Origin: Malacoraja senta
Lineage: Eukaryota
Reading direction: 5' to 3'
DNA length: 64,000 nucleotides
Assembly (NCBI GenBank): GCA_038087875.1
Contig: JAXLNO010005136.1
Coordinates: 1 to 64,000 of the forward strand
Position 1 is the stretch's first letter. Each line of letters begins with the position of its first letter. Both the position numbers and the translations under genes were made by a program. The notes under the pieces were generated by a model. That model did no database searches. It saw only the letters and a list, made by a program, of their open reading frames with translations, and was not told the origin of the DNA. Below are positions 13,206-26,405 of the stretch, in pieces.

Positions 13206-15243
13206 TATGTCTGAAACCAACTGATACCAGACATGACATAGGGATTAAATATTTTATATATCACTGAGATGATATGATGCTGTGAATAAGGGAGGAAGGA
13301 GCAGGAAATATCTGAGAGCTTCAGGTTATGTGACAACCTGTAAATCGGGTTAGTTGGCCTTGTTGCATTCAGATTTTATTTTACTTACCTGACATGATAC
13401 AATTGACATACTTGACAATTCGTGGGCACTATCACACCTGTTGCATTAATCATATTTGGCTGACTTAATGAATGACAAAGTATTAAAGATCCTGAAATAA
13501 TCCCTGTTGTTAATGTGCATGATGTGGCATTACTGGTAATACGCGCATTTATAGGTTCCCATATTTATGTTGAAAGTGGCATTGCTATTGTAACATCACT
13601 TCTTACTATCATGACCTGAGAACTTTGAATATTTCCAGCGTATTCCTTTCAGATCATCTTTCATCAAATAAAGGTCTCTGGGCTTTCCAGTGGGCAGATT
13701 GTCCTGAGCATCGTTAAATTCTATTCTTACTTTTCAAATTTGTCCATCTCCCTGCCCTATTGCACCTCTGCAAACCCTTCCAGCCGCTAGAGTCCCTGAA
13801 TCTAAATAGTTACCAGAGGCAGCAGTGCTGTATGCCCTTGATGCACTAAGCACTGGAGTTCCTAGCCTAATCTCACTATCGCTCACTTCTTTTAGCCAAT
13901 TCCTTAAAATCTACCTCCAACCCCTCAATTTCAACTGTTGATAACATTCCTGTGAGGCACCATGGAGCATTTTACCCTGTTGCGGTGTTGATCATGAAAT
14001 GATATTGTTAGGCCTATATTTATTCTTCAAGCAGTATTTTAAAAAGATCAATGGACATTGCTGAGTTTGGGAATTGTTATACCCAAATTGGCTGCTGTAT
14101 TTCCAAGATAATAGTTGTGATTTTGCTTTAACATGTGTTACTTTGGCAGTACTGTGCACAGGAACAGCCTGAGTTTGCAAAAGGCATTCTATTAGTGCAA
14201 GTTTGTTCCTTCAGGTTGGTGTTTTTAGCCTCGGAGCCCTTACTCTGCCTGTCTACATGAGGGTCATGCTGTGTGTTGGACAGTGCAGTTGACAGGATTG
14301 GTTCCTTGACATTATGGAACATTTGGAGATCTCACTGCCCTTTTAGTTTCAATGAATATTTTTTTTTATTCCAGCTTTTCATATATTCTTGATATTCTTT
14401 GCAGTCCCTGAGTTTGACCTTTAAGGATTTTTTATTTTTTTTGTTTTGCTTTTGTAATCCTGGGTGTAAGAAGTAGAATGATTCATGGGGACAGGTGGTT
14501 GGGCTGAAAAATGATGATTATTCTGCCTGAGGCCAGTTTGTTGACTAAGTCTGTTTCATAGGCTAAACTGACTGAGTGTTCCACTTCATTTCATGTTGTG
14601 TTCATACTTTCCTTTGGCTGTTTTTACTTGGGAGTGTACAATTCAGGGCACACAACTGATTGGTGAGACTTGTGTTTCTTGTGAACCAGTTGTGGTTTTG
14701 AGGGAAGCAGAACAAGGTGTGTCAGAGGTGCATGCACGCAAGTTGTAATACACAAAGTTCACCAGTGAGCCCAGACACCGTGACTTGGACAAAGCTGTAA
14801 AAGAGGCTTTCCCGTGATTAGAGACTGTCAGCTGTCAGCAAAAGGGCTGAAAATGAGTACGTGTTCCCATTCCAGGCTGGGAAATTAATAGTGCAGTGGG
14901 CTCGAAGAGAGGTGTGGAGGAAAGGACCACATCCAGATCCGGTCAAGAACCTACCTGCCAATCAGACCCTTGCTAATGTGAATTGGAGAAATTTTACTTT
15001 AAACAAAGTGTTTATTTTTCAAACAAATGTAACTTTATTCTCAACTCATTAGTACCGTGTATATCAATTGTTAGCCGACAAAACTTCCATAAATTGACTT
15101 TCATCCTCAAATACTGTTTTGGCTGAATAGATTTTGATTAAAGAAGTCCTGTTATGCTGAAACAGTTTTCTACAACTGATTTTATCTAATCCTTTTACCT
15201 TTCTATATCCAGAAAGCACATAATCCATTCCAGTGAGAATATG

Positions 15244-16217
15244 TGTAAGAAGGAACTGCAGATGCTGGTTTAAACTGAAGATAGACACAAAAAGCTGGAG
15301 TAACTCAGCGGGACAGGCGGCATCTCTGGAGAAAAGGAATGTGTGACGTTTCTGGTCGAGACCCTTCTTCAGACTGGTTAGGGATAAACACATAATCCTC
15401 CGAAATTTCCGCCACCTCCAACGGGATCCCACCGCTAGCCACATTTTCCCATCTCCACCCCTTTCTGCCTTCCGCAGAGACCGTTCCCCTCCGCAACTCC
15501 CTGGTTAACTCATCCCTTCCCACCCAAACTACCCCCTCCCCAGGTACCTTCTCCTGCAACCACAGAAGATGCAACACCTGTCGCTAGTCCTCCTTCCTCG
15601 ACTCTGTCCAGGGACCCCAGCAGTCCTTTCAGGTTAGGCAGAGGTTCACTTGCACCTCCTCCAACCTCATCTGCTGTATCAGTTGTTCAAGATGTGGACT
15701 CCTATTCATCGGCGAGACCAAACGCAGACTGGGCGATCGTTTTGCAGAACACCTTCGCTAAGCCCAGTGAACCAACCTGATCTCCTGGTTGCTGAACACT
15801 TTAATTCTCCTTCCCATTCCTACACAGACCTTTCTGTCCTCGGTCTCCTCCATTGTCACAGTGAGGCTAAATGCAAATTGGAGGAACAGCATCTCATATT
15901 TTGCTTGGGCAGCTTTGATTTCTCTCACTTCAGGTAGCCCTGGCCTTCCCTCTCTCTTTCTATGCCTCCCCCACCCGTCACACTTGCTGCTCATTTTCAC
16001 CCTACAAACAGCTTACGTGGCCTGTTTCCTTTATCATCGTTACTTTTTTGCATATCTTTCATTCATTGTTCATTATCTCTCCACATCACCGTCTATATTT
16101 CCTGTTTCCCTTATCCCTAACAGTCTGAAGAAGGGTCTTGACCCGAAACATCACCCATTCCTTCTCTCCAGAGATGCTGCCTGTCCCGCTGAGTTACTCC
16201 AGCTTTCTGTGTCTATC
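15244..16217. mobile_element. Penelope-like retroelement fragment (GIY-YIG endonuclease remnant) with an inverted 3' segment
   Basis: One + frame reads FTCTSSNLICCISCSRCGLLFIGETKRRLGDRFAEHLR (GIY-YIG-like). Bases 15244-15385 are the reverse complement of the element's 3' end. A 15-bp direct repeat TCCAGTGAGAATATG lies at 15229-15243 and 16218-16232. Confidence 0.85.
16121..16156 (+). ncRNA. Putative minimal hammerhead ribozyme core in the Penelope-like 3' repeat (representative copy)
   Basis: CTGAAGA (16125-16131), an extra A, stem II GGGTC-TT-GACCC, GAAA (16145-16148), then CATC. The family consensus here is CGTC. Confidence 0.55.
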
Positions 16218-16569
16218 TCCAGTGAGAATATGCCTGGTCTAGAACTCATGGAGTGAGGGAGTTGGGAAACGTAGGAACAACCTTCCTATTTTCCTGCTGT
16301 TGTTACCTCCAATGTAGCAAATGCCCGTCTGTGGGTCTAGCCAGGCTGAGTGGGCTTTTTTGTGGCTCTCTCAGCAAGTGAACATTGTCCATCTCATTGA
16401 GACAGATGAAAAGTTGAGTTCAGATGAAGGTCTTTGATCTGAAACATTGATTGTTTCTCTCACCTGGCCTACTGAGTGTTTCCAGCATTGTCTGCTTAAT
16501 ATCAGATTTTCATAATCTGCAGGGTTCTTTCAGGGGTGTTGCAGCTTGAAATCATTTATGAGTGTCACA

Positions 16570-16980
16570 CAATAGAGATGTAGAGTCATACAGCACGGCA
16601 ACAGGTCCTGGGCCTACACATCCATGCTGACCAAGATGCCTCCATCTACGCCAGTTCTATTTGTCTGCATTTGGCCCGTATCCCTCTAAACCATTCCTAT
16701 CCATGTACCTATCCATCCCTGTCCAAATATCTTTGAAATGTTGTTATTGTACCTGCTTCAAATACTTAATCTGCAAGTACTTTCCATATGCCCACTACCC
16801 ACAGTATAAAACTGTTTCCCTCAGTTTCCTGTTAAATATTAAATCTTTCCCCTCTCATCTTAAACCTTATGTTCTTTATTCCTTCTTGATTCCCCTACCC
16901 TACGTCAAAGATTCTGTGCATTTATCCAATCTATTTTCGTCATGATTTTGTATAGCTCTATAAGATCATTCCACAACGAT
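16570..16980 (-). mobile_element. CR1 LINE 3' fragment
   Basis: Reverse complement of the same 3' end seen at 12900-13200. Confidence 0.75.
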
Positions 16981-17379
16981 TCACTTTCCTAATATAGAGA
17001 GAAGGAACAGGTACATTTGGTAGATGGGCGTTCAAAATTTAAGAACTAAATCTGTTCAACATAGTGTATTTGCATTTAGGCCCCATGAGTTTAAAACCAA
17101 TGCAGGCGACACCTCTCCTGAAGTTGAGGAAAGCTTAGAGCCATGAAAGATGTTGTGACTCCAGCGGCTAAGGAAAATATACTTATTCCTTGATAAATCC
17201 AGCCCAATTGACCAAAAATGGCAACACCAGGACCCACCAACCTGCTGGCAGAGCCCCTGGATCACCTGCTCGCACTATCAAATCCACGGGCTAGCTGGTG
17301 TTATTCTTGCAGTTTATGCCATGTTTCATCTCTTAAAGTGGTTTTAAATTTACAGACATTCACATTACAAGTGTCTTTG

Positions 17380-17880
17380 TGAGCAGTTCTAGTCACCTCA
17401 TTACAGGAAGGAGGCTTTAAAGGTTGCAGAAGACACTCACCTGGATGCTGCCTGGATTAGAGGGTGTTAGCTATAAGGAGAGGTTGGAACATTTTGAGTT
17501 TTTCTCTACAACATTGGAGCTATGGGAAGACTTGATAATAATATATAAAATTATGAGGGACTTAGATCGAGTAGACAATCAGAATATTTTTCTCAGGGTA
17601 GAAATATCAAAGACTAGAGGCATAGGTTTGAGTTCAGAGGGGGATAGTTTAAAGGAGATGTGTGGGGCACGTTGTTTTACAGAGTGTTGGTGCCTAGAAA
17701 AGCTGTTAGGGATGGTGGTGGAGTTAGATATGATAGTAGAGTTTAAAAGACATGTGGAAAAATGGAGGGATAAGATCTCATGTAGGCAGAAGAGATTAGT
17801 TAAATTTAGCATCATGTTCGGCATGGGCATTGTTGCCCGAAGGTCCTGTTCCTGTACTGTACTGTTTTGTGCTACATGAT
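17380..17880 (+). mobile_element. CR1 LINE 3' fragment
   Basis: MLPGLEGVSYKERL...YKIMRDLDRVD...KTRG remnants. Confidence 0.8.
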
Positions 17881-19606
17881 GTACAATGACCAACTCACGT
17901 TAATCATACAATGACACCCAATCATCTACTGTTCAGAACTGGACCAGAAGTAAATCAATGTTGATAACGAGGGACTACCGAAATAAAACAGCAGCATTTA
18001 TTCTATGGGAAGGAAGGCGTGTCATGTTATTTAATCTCTAAAGTGGTTTTAAAATTGCTGACATACACATTACAAGTGTCTTTGGGGTTAGTGTGTATTA
18101 AGTCGTCCTTTGTTAAAAATCTGGGTGTTAGCTGGTTTGGGGTTAGGGTTAACTTGTGTTCTTACGTGACCGACTGTTAAAGTCCCACTAGTAGATCAAA
18201 TTAGAGCAGGAATAGAATCTTAAAATATAAGAAACAAGAGCAGGATTGCCCCCACAAGTTTGTTCCACCTTTCAGTAAGATCATAACTGATCCAATCATG
18301 GCTTCAATATCACTTTTCCATTCCCTCCCTGATGCACTCTTGACACCCTTGGAGTTTAGACATCTGTCATTCTTTCCTTGAATATCTATATATATATTAG
18401 CTAAGTTCCTATTTTTGCAATGCACAACATGGAAATAAGCCTATCAGCCCACCATGCTCTTGCCAGCCTTATTTTATAATACTAATGCTAATCCTATTCC
18501 CATTCTGTAGTCTTTGCAATGACATTTGAAGTGCCCATCTAAACACTACTTCCTCAAATCCCCCCCCAGGTTTCCGGGCCCTCCAGTTATAGACACTTTG
18601 GATAGGATACAAAGTGAAAAATGTTTCCCCTTATCCTCCACATAAATGTTAATGCCTCTGCCTTTCAAGTCTCTCCTTGCAACTGAAGTCTCTCCTTGCA
18701 GTTGAACACTCTGGCAGCATCCTGGTGAAACTCTTCTACAGCCTTTCCAGCCCTCTTGTAGCATGCAACTAAAGCGCTGGCAAATTGTTAAACATTATTT
18801 CTCTTTCATAAAACCATCCTGACTGTGTGATTGACTGCTGAAATAATAGTTTCTAGCCTTTCCCAGTGCCAGGTGTCAAACTGATTGACTTGAAGTTTCT
18901 TTTTTTTTGCTTCTTTATATAGTTTCATTTGCAGTTTCTATGCTATCTCTCTGAATCCACGGAATTTTGGCAGTTAACAATCAATGCATAATTCCATGTT
19001 CTGTAGGGGATCTAGTTCAGTTGTTTTTCATGATTCATTGTGAAACTAATTGTTTTTATTTAAAAAACTGAATATTACCCAAGTTTCTTAGGTGTTTTTT
19101 ATATATATAATTTTACTGAGGAATCTTTCCTTTGAAGGTCTAAATAGGGACAAAATTTAGAACCTTCCACTGAAGATGGTATGGCCTGGGATACCAACAG
19201 AGGATCAGTCCTTGCCCTTTCTGTGTCGTTGACAGACTATTCAACAAGAAAAAGAAATCAGACGCTCGGACATCCAACAGCAAAGTATTTTCAAGTATAG
19301 TTCCCACTGTTGGAAATAGGATAGATTTGGCCTCACATTTTGGTCCTTGAAAGCTTGTCTTCCATCTTGAAATTAATCTGATGGACTCGCTAACAGGTCA
19401 TGAACTTCATTACAGCTGGCTAGATCACTGATCAAAATAAATTTAACCTGAGGGAATTTAAATATCAAAGGGTGAATGTAGCTCAGATCCCAAATGTTGG
19501 AGAACATACTCTCAAGAGCTGGTCTAGTGGTCAGAAAAATCTACAAAATTGCCTGTGCTGTAGATTGTGAGGTTCCAATTCCGATATCCAGCATATTATG
19601 TTTTGA

Positions 19607-19738
19607 GTAAGAAGGAACTGCAGATGTTGGCTTAAACCGAAGATAGACACACAAAGCTGGAGTAACTCAGCGGAACAGGCAGCATCTCTGGAGAGAAGGA
19701 ATGGGTGACGTTTCGGGTAGAGACCCTTCAGTGTATCT
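19607..19738 (-). mobile_element. Short Penelope-derived element (3' repeat only)
   Basis: AAGGAACTGCAGATG...GGTGACGTTTCGGGT. A 14-bp TSD ATATTATGTTTTGA lies at 19593-19606 and 19739-19752. Confidence 0.8.
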
Positions 19739-19869
19739 ATATTATGTTTTGATGTTGTGATGGCTGTTTGCACCATACCAACTGGTTCGGAAAGCGTCTT
19801 GGCTTTTGAATGCATGAGGTTCGTTAAGTATTTGGTTACATTTTTCTGTCATGATTTTGTCGTGGGATT

Positions 19870-20107
19870 TAACATTGCCCGCCTGGGGCTTCAACATCGG
19901 GAGAAAAATGGTGCAGGGGAGAGAAATGACTTTGCCTTCCATCACAGTGAGGAGGAGATTCACTGTGATGGATGTTTTTCTGTAAATTGAATTGTTTGTG
20001 TGTCGTGTAAGAATTGTTTTGTTTGTATGGCTGTGGAAACGGAGTTTCGTTTGAGCCTCTTTGAGGTTCAAATGACAAGAAATCAAATCAAATCAAATCA
20101 AATCAAA
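19870..20107 (+). repeat. Retroposon 3' end with (AAATC)n tail
   Basis: About five AAATC units at ~20080-20105 follow a TG-rich 3'UTR-like segment. Confidence 0.55.
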
Positions 20108-20789
20108 AAGTCACTTATAAGGATTTTAGAATCCTTCTACTTGGGTCTTAGGCCTGCTCCTAGGTCCCTGGTCCAAGATTCCTGCTAAGACATTTCAGCA
20201 GTATACCCTCATCCCTGACCTTCATTGCTCAGATGGGAACCAACATGCACTAGGCACAGCGCACTTCATTGTGCTGGCTGCACTTCACCATGCCGGCTGC
20301 ATTTTAAATAATACTGGTTATTGTGAAGAGGTCTTATCTCTCAGTTCTATGTTCAGATTGTATAGTTCAGTAAAGGAAATTGACAGTTTTAGCAAGTGCC
20401 TGGCAGGCTCAGTTGCTTCATGACCTTCTGTGAATTCACTACAAGATACAAGATACATTTATTTGTCACATATACCAATTGGTACAGTGAAATGTGTGGT
20501 CGCCCAGGAACCTGTGAATGCAAGAGCAACTTCCCTAATGGCACTAAAATACAGTGACCAAACAGAATTATGGAAGTGAATCAAAAATCGGCTCTGGAGA
20601 TCTAATTATGTCTGCGGTCTATCACCTTTTGATGGTCCGGTACGATGCCTGTCTCTCTCCATGCTGGGGTTTGGAAGGTACAACATTTCTTTTAACACAG
20701 AACTATGAGCAGCCATAGGAACCTTGATCAGTAAACACCTCCATTTCCAGGCCTCCCAGTTTGTGGCTCAACCAAATAAATAGGTAATT

Positions 20790-21130
20790 GACTAAACATC
20801 CTCCCCCCCCCCCCCCCCTTCCTGTGCCCCACAGACTTGCATCCATTTATCCCCTCCGTCTCCCCTTTCACCTACATTATCTTTTCACCTCTGGCATATG
20901 TCTGACCATCTACCTATCAAATCTCCTTACATATCACTTGCCAGGCTTTATCCTGCCCCTCCTCTCTTCCAGCTTTCCAATCACACCCCCCCCCCCCCAC
21001 TACCACAAGAAGGGTCCTGACCCAAAATGTCACCAATGCATGTTCTGCAGAGATGCTGCCTGACCCACTGAGTTATTCTAGCACTCTGTCTTTTTTTGTA
21101 CATCAACATCTGCAGTTCTTTGTTTCTTCT
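20790..21130 (+). mobile_element. Penelope-derived 3' fragment
   Basis: Pyrimidine-rich body ending AGAGATGCTGCCTGACCC...CATCTGCAGTTCTTTGTTTCT. Confidence 0.65.
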
Positions 21131-21799
21131 TCTTATCTACATTCTTTTTTTTACGATCTCTCTGCTTAGTTCTTCAGAGGCTATAACTCACTTGCAATCT
21201 TATTGCTCCTCCTGTTTAAAAAGAACTGTGTGTGGACTAAGAATTAAGTTTGTGACCATCCTTGTCTGCACGGCTCTGTACAGTAGTGCTGTCGTTTTTG
21301 CTATATTCTATCTGTAGTGCAATGTAGTGATGATTAATCACCGTAGTAGATAAAAGGTAATAGCGAAAATTGTTTCCGGTGGTAGAATGCCATGAAGGAA
21401 AAATGGAGTGTATTAAATCTCAGAAGTTAATTAACCTGACATTTTGTCAAAGGAATGCTACTGAGCATGGTGCCGTCACACTGCATCCTGACACTCTGTC
21501 TCTGTATCAAAGCCGGGTTTCTTGTGCCCAGTAACATATGGTGAGCTGCCTTTCACGATGGACCTTTGTCCCTTGGATGGAGCATGGATGGCTGGGCAGA
21601 TTGCTCCATTTGTAGAGAATTAACCACATGCTGTGAAAACCATGAATGAGTAGATAAAGGAGCTTGTGAAGCTCAAAAGAAAGTTGAGGAATACGCGCCA
21701 GCAGTCGCCTGTAAAGGTCGCGAAGTGGGACAGGCCCTTTAGCTGCTTGCACTGGGAATGTTTGATTTTTATTCCCTGTTTAAGGCATTAGGCAGCCTA

Positions 21800-22350
21800 G
21801 ATTGTTAATGCTATTGGTGTATTATTATCATCTTTGCATGCAAAGAGAAAATGATCAGAGTGCAGAATATAGTGTTACAGCATTATAGCATTACATTTAC
21901 AGAGAAAGTGTAGATAAAAAATAGTGCATTGTTCACAATGAGGTAAATTGGGAGATCAGGACTACACCCTAGCTTATGAGAGAACTGTTCTGTAGTTTTA
22001 TAATAGCGGGGAAGAAGCTGTTGTTGAATCTGGTGGTGTGTGCTTTCAAACATTTCTATCTTCTGCTCAACAGGAGAGGGTAGAAGATAGGATCACCGAG
22101 ATGAAAACGGTCATTGGTTCTGCTGGCTGCTTTCTTGAGGCAGTGTGAAGTATAGATTGGGAGCGGTGGTGGTGTTCGTTTGTGTGGACTGGGCTGTGTC
22201 CACAACAGCCTGTAATTTCAATTTCTTGCAGCTTTATGGAGAGCTGTTGCCAAACCAAGCTGTGATGCATCCCTGTAGGATGCTTTCTACAATGCATCTG
22301 CAGAAACTGGTAAGAGTCTTGGAGACATGCCAAACTATTCTGAGGAAGTA
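21800..22350 (-). mobile_element. Decayed Rex1/Babar LINE 3' fragment
   Basis: The minus strand resembles [10 protein letters not shown]...NSFFP and the 3'UTR of the 60900-61966 element. Confidence 0.7.
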
Positions 22351-23309
22351 GGGAATTGGTGTGCTTTCCTGTCATAGCTTGCACCTTCCATTTCCAATTT
22401 GGCCCTCTAGCATGATGTGGTTTCTCCCATCTTCACTGCCTCCCACAATGTCTAACCCCTCTCCAAACCCAAACCAAAACGTGCATTTAAAAAAAAATAT
22501 TGTGGGTTTGGACTGTAAAGAGAATGTAATTCTGTCCTTAAGAATTAACAAAATTCCACTTGGCACCTGCAGTTTATTCCATTAATTGTTTAGGTGTCAC
22601 ACAGCACGTGGCTCTGAAAAGATTAGCCACGGTTTAATGAAGAATATGTTCAGTTCCCCCTCCCGTTCCTAAACATACCCTTAACCTTCAGCAGGAACAG
22701 TCAATGCAATGGCTCTTTCCGGACTTTGTGAGTGGTGTTTCCAAGGCACATGATCATTTTAGGTGTGCGTCTCTTACCTGAAAGTTCACCACCTGCTGAG
22801 GTAATGCAAGAGCGACAGCTGCACAGGCACTCAACGTTATGATGGGTGTAGACAGATTAATAGGTGTTTGGAGAGTGAGTGGGAGACAGCAGCCATCTGA
22901 GGAATGTGTGCATTGGAATGAGTATGGTGGTGTTAAATGTGTGCAGTGCCTCACTGAGATTTACCGCAGTTTGATTGGGGATTAGTAAAAGAAGCAATGT
23001 TATGGAACAATGCAGAATAACTGTGTCATGTCCAGCTATAGTTTCTAGGGACAGGACCCGTATGGGGGAGATATGGATTGCAATGACTGCATTAAAAAAG
23101 GGCAAGGTTTTAATTTTTTTTACCATTGTTTCAACCAGATTTGTTGCTAGGTTTTTGCCATCCACACAAGAGGTACCTAAATCTCTTACCCCTCCTATCT
23201 CCTTTGAATACATTTTAGTACTTGATCAAATCTTTAGTTATCTGTACTACTGCACTGTCAATTTATTGGGCTCAACGTCAAATTCTATTTTGATAATTTA
23301 AAAAAAGAA

Positions 23310-23515
23310 AATGTTAGAAATACTCAACAGCTAAGGCAACAACAATGGAGTGTGAAACAGTTAATTTATCAGGTTGAAGGTCTTCATCTTCCATCTGATG
23401 AAAGGTGACTGACCTGAAATGTTACCTCTGTTTCTCTCTCCACTCATGCTGCCTGTGCTGACGATGTTTCCAGCATTCTATTTTTTTGATTTCCAGTAGC
23501 TACAGTAATCTGATT
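23310..23515. mobile_element. Older subfamily of the Penelope-derived element, inverted pair
   Basis: CTGATGA-A-AGGT-GACTG-ACCT-GAAA-TGTT at 23395-23423, followed by TGTTTCTCTCTCCAC..ATGCTGCCTG. A decayed mirror copy lies upstream. Confidence 0.6.
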
Positions 23516-24049
23516 TTTGAAGATATTAACATGAACCACCCTCAGACATTGTTTTGTTAGGGGTACAAATAATTGATTAATTTCCAAAGTGGTGTAGCAT
23601 TTGAAGATTTGTTACCCTGTCTGCTTACTGAGCATTCTTATGAGACTCAGAGTTATGCAGCCCTTCAACTCAATTCATCCATGCTGAGCAAGATGGCTCA
23701 TCGAAGCTAGTCCCATTTGGGGCCTTTCCCCACCCCCATGTGAATTTTTTAGCTTTCACCCCAAAAACCATCAAAGAAGGGTCCCGACACGAGACATCCT
23801 CTGCGGTTTCCTTCCACAGATGCTGCCTGACCTGCTGAGTTCCTCCAGCATTTTCGTTTTGCTCAAGAGTCCCGTATCTGCAGTCTCTTGTGCCTTGGTT
23901 CTATCTTACACTTGACTAATCAAAACTCAGAATTTTAACCATTGATACGATACCTAAATCATGTTAAATTGCAAAATTTGGACCACATGACAAATTTGGA
24001 ATGGACAAAATAATAGAAAGGTTGTTTGTTTAAAACTGGGTAAGAGTCA

Positions 24050-24430
24050 TGGAGTGATTCACATAAATATAAAATGTGAACTGAGAGTGATGAACACCAG
24101 GGTCGTGGGCAAAACCATTCACGTGGACAATGTTAAAGAGGTGCAGCACTGTCTGGTCATTTTTCAGAAAAGATATTAAACAGAGGCTCTGTCTGCTCAC
24201 CTGGCTAGATGTGAATAATCCCAGAAGAATATTTTGAAATACTGGAGTTTTTCCTCGGTGTCCTGGACAATTTCCCTTGACCAACACCACAAAACATTAT
24301 TTATTTGTTAGTAAATTAGTTGCTGTGTTCACTGCTTTTAAATCATTAACTAAACGTCAAAAGTAATTCAATGTAAAGCATTTACAAGATTCCTAGTTTG
24401 TGAAAGGTGGTAGTTAAATGAAAGTCATCT
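24050..24430 (+). mobile_element. Old Deu-domain SINE (SacSINE-like)
   Basis: TTAAACAGAGGCTCTGTCTGC...GATGTGAATAATCCCA...CCTCGGTGTCCTGG followed by an L2-like tail (GTAAAGCATTT...GTGAAAGG...AAATGAAAGTC). Family assignment is from recall. Confidence 0.55.
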
Positions 24431-26240
24431 TCTGAAATATTTCATTGCATCTTTTTTATGGTAATCTGTAAATCAAGCATGTAATAATTGATTGCGGTGG
24501 TGAGTTGCCACCTTGCTGCAAAATTCTGTTTAAGTAGTTTCTCTGATAGTGCACATGGCCTTTCAGATTCCCAAGAGACATCCATCGGTTCAACATGTTA
24601 TCAACATTTGTCTGCTATTCAGGTCTTTCTGGTGGATTGTTTCATTACCTGAGGAGTTTCAGAAAGAACTGAACCCTGAAATTATCAGCGAACCTCCCAC
24701 TTCTGACTGTGATGGTGAAAAGGTCATTTTTAAAGCTGCGGAAAATGTGGGCCGAGTATGCTGCTCCAAGCAGCCGAGGAACATTGCAACAGTGTCCTGG
24801 CTAAGACAGTTTGGCTCCAACAATCACATTTGTCTTCCTCGACGTAGCCAGTGGAATGATTTCCCTTTGATGCGCATTAACCTCATTAACACACGAACAT
24901 TACATTTGGTTAAATACAATTTTAATGTCAAGCTCAGTTGTTCTACTCTCACCTCCACGATTTATTGAGACTTCGGTAGTTTTCCACCTTGCTGTTAGTA
25001 CATCTGATGCTGGCATTCTTGGGGTTTGTTCCTGGATGGTAATTGTGTCGTGTGTAATAGGTCAGGCTATCGGCTCGCAGATGGAATACATTTCTGCAGC
25101 TCCTGACTACCTACAGCCAGTGACACATTCACTTGAATAAAAGTTTAATTATATTTTCAAACTTGGAAATCTCTGCTGTACGTGGTGGTTATATACCAAA
25201 AAAATGGCTGTGCCTTTTTGAGGATGAGAGTCGTTATGTTGGTGGGAAAACTCGAGCTAGTGTTAGTAAGGACCGAGGTGATAATGGGTGGGCAGGGCAT
25301 GGTGAGAATAGATTGTGGGGAGCAGAGTCTTGGACAATGATAGACTTCATGTTAAACAGTGTTTTAGATTCTTTTCCATGCTGAGGTTGTATTTTCAACA
25401 TGCACGCCGTCAGAAATAATGGTTGCACTGTTTGAAATAATTTTAAATTCTGTTCTTTTTCTTTAACATTCAGTATTCACCACCGGCTGGACAGCATCTT
25501 TCAACTGACGGGTGGAAGGTGCGTAAGGGGGTGGGGCTAGATTATTCATTGTCTGACAGTCATTTGTGTAAAGTATCAGAAGGTTGATGAATCAGAATTG
25601 AGAAGCAAAATAAGAAAACAGGATAGATTGGTGCAGTGATGTAATTGAGCTAATGTGTGTGATGCTGTGAGTGTTTGCATGGTTATGCTCCAGGCTCAGA
25701 AATCAACCACTTTACTGAGCACAAATGTTTTGCTCAGCACCACGACCGCTCTAGGAAGGGTGCACGCCAGCGTGATGAGGACGCTGTAAGGGCAGGTGAA
25801 GCGCAGTGTGTGGATTGAGACCGAGATAAGGTTGTTTGCACTCTAGCAGAAGATTCCAAGGGGAAATGTAATTGAGCTATGTTGGTAATGGGGGCTTGGA
25901 TAGGAGGGATCCTGTTTCTTTAGTGTCAGTGTCTGGAGGGCATAGATAGATTAATGGATGGATTAGAAGGAATTAGTGGAAGGATTAAAGGGAAGTCCGG
26001 ATAATTTATGTTGCATCCAAAAAGTGTGGGTGCTCAAACCCACATAATCAGATGAATACTTGAAGTCATAACCTATGAAGCTATGGATCAAGAACTGAAA
26101 GTGATCTCCTTTGGCTACAGTAGACATAATGGTGCAATTTGCATATTGCTATACTAGTATAGTATTCACCAGTAATATATTTGCTATACTCAGCCTATGA
26201 ATAGATGTATGCAGTCCCAGTGATATTTAAAATGGGATAG

Positions 26241-26405
26241 GCACAAAGCGCTGGAGTAACTCAACGGGTCAGGCAGTCTGAAGAAGGGCCTCGACCCGTA
26301 ACATCACCCATCCTTTTTCCCCAGAGATGCTGCCTGAGCCACTGAGTTATTCCAGCACTGTGTCATTCTTTATTATAAACCAGCATCTGCAGTTCCTTGT
26401 TTCTA
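26241..26405. mobile_element. Fold-back copy of the short Penelope-derived element
   Basis: The first ~35 nt are the reverse complement of the internal CTGCCTGA...CCAGCAC segment. CTGAAGA...G(T)AA lies between the arms. Confidence 0.75.

Noticed and set aside
18135-18152. Interstitial telomeric repeat (GGGTTAGGGTTA)
   Set aside because: Only about two units, which is compatible with chance.
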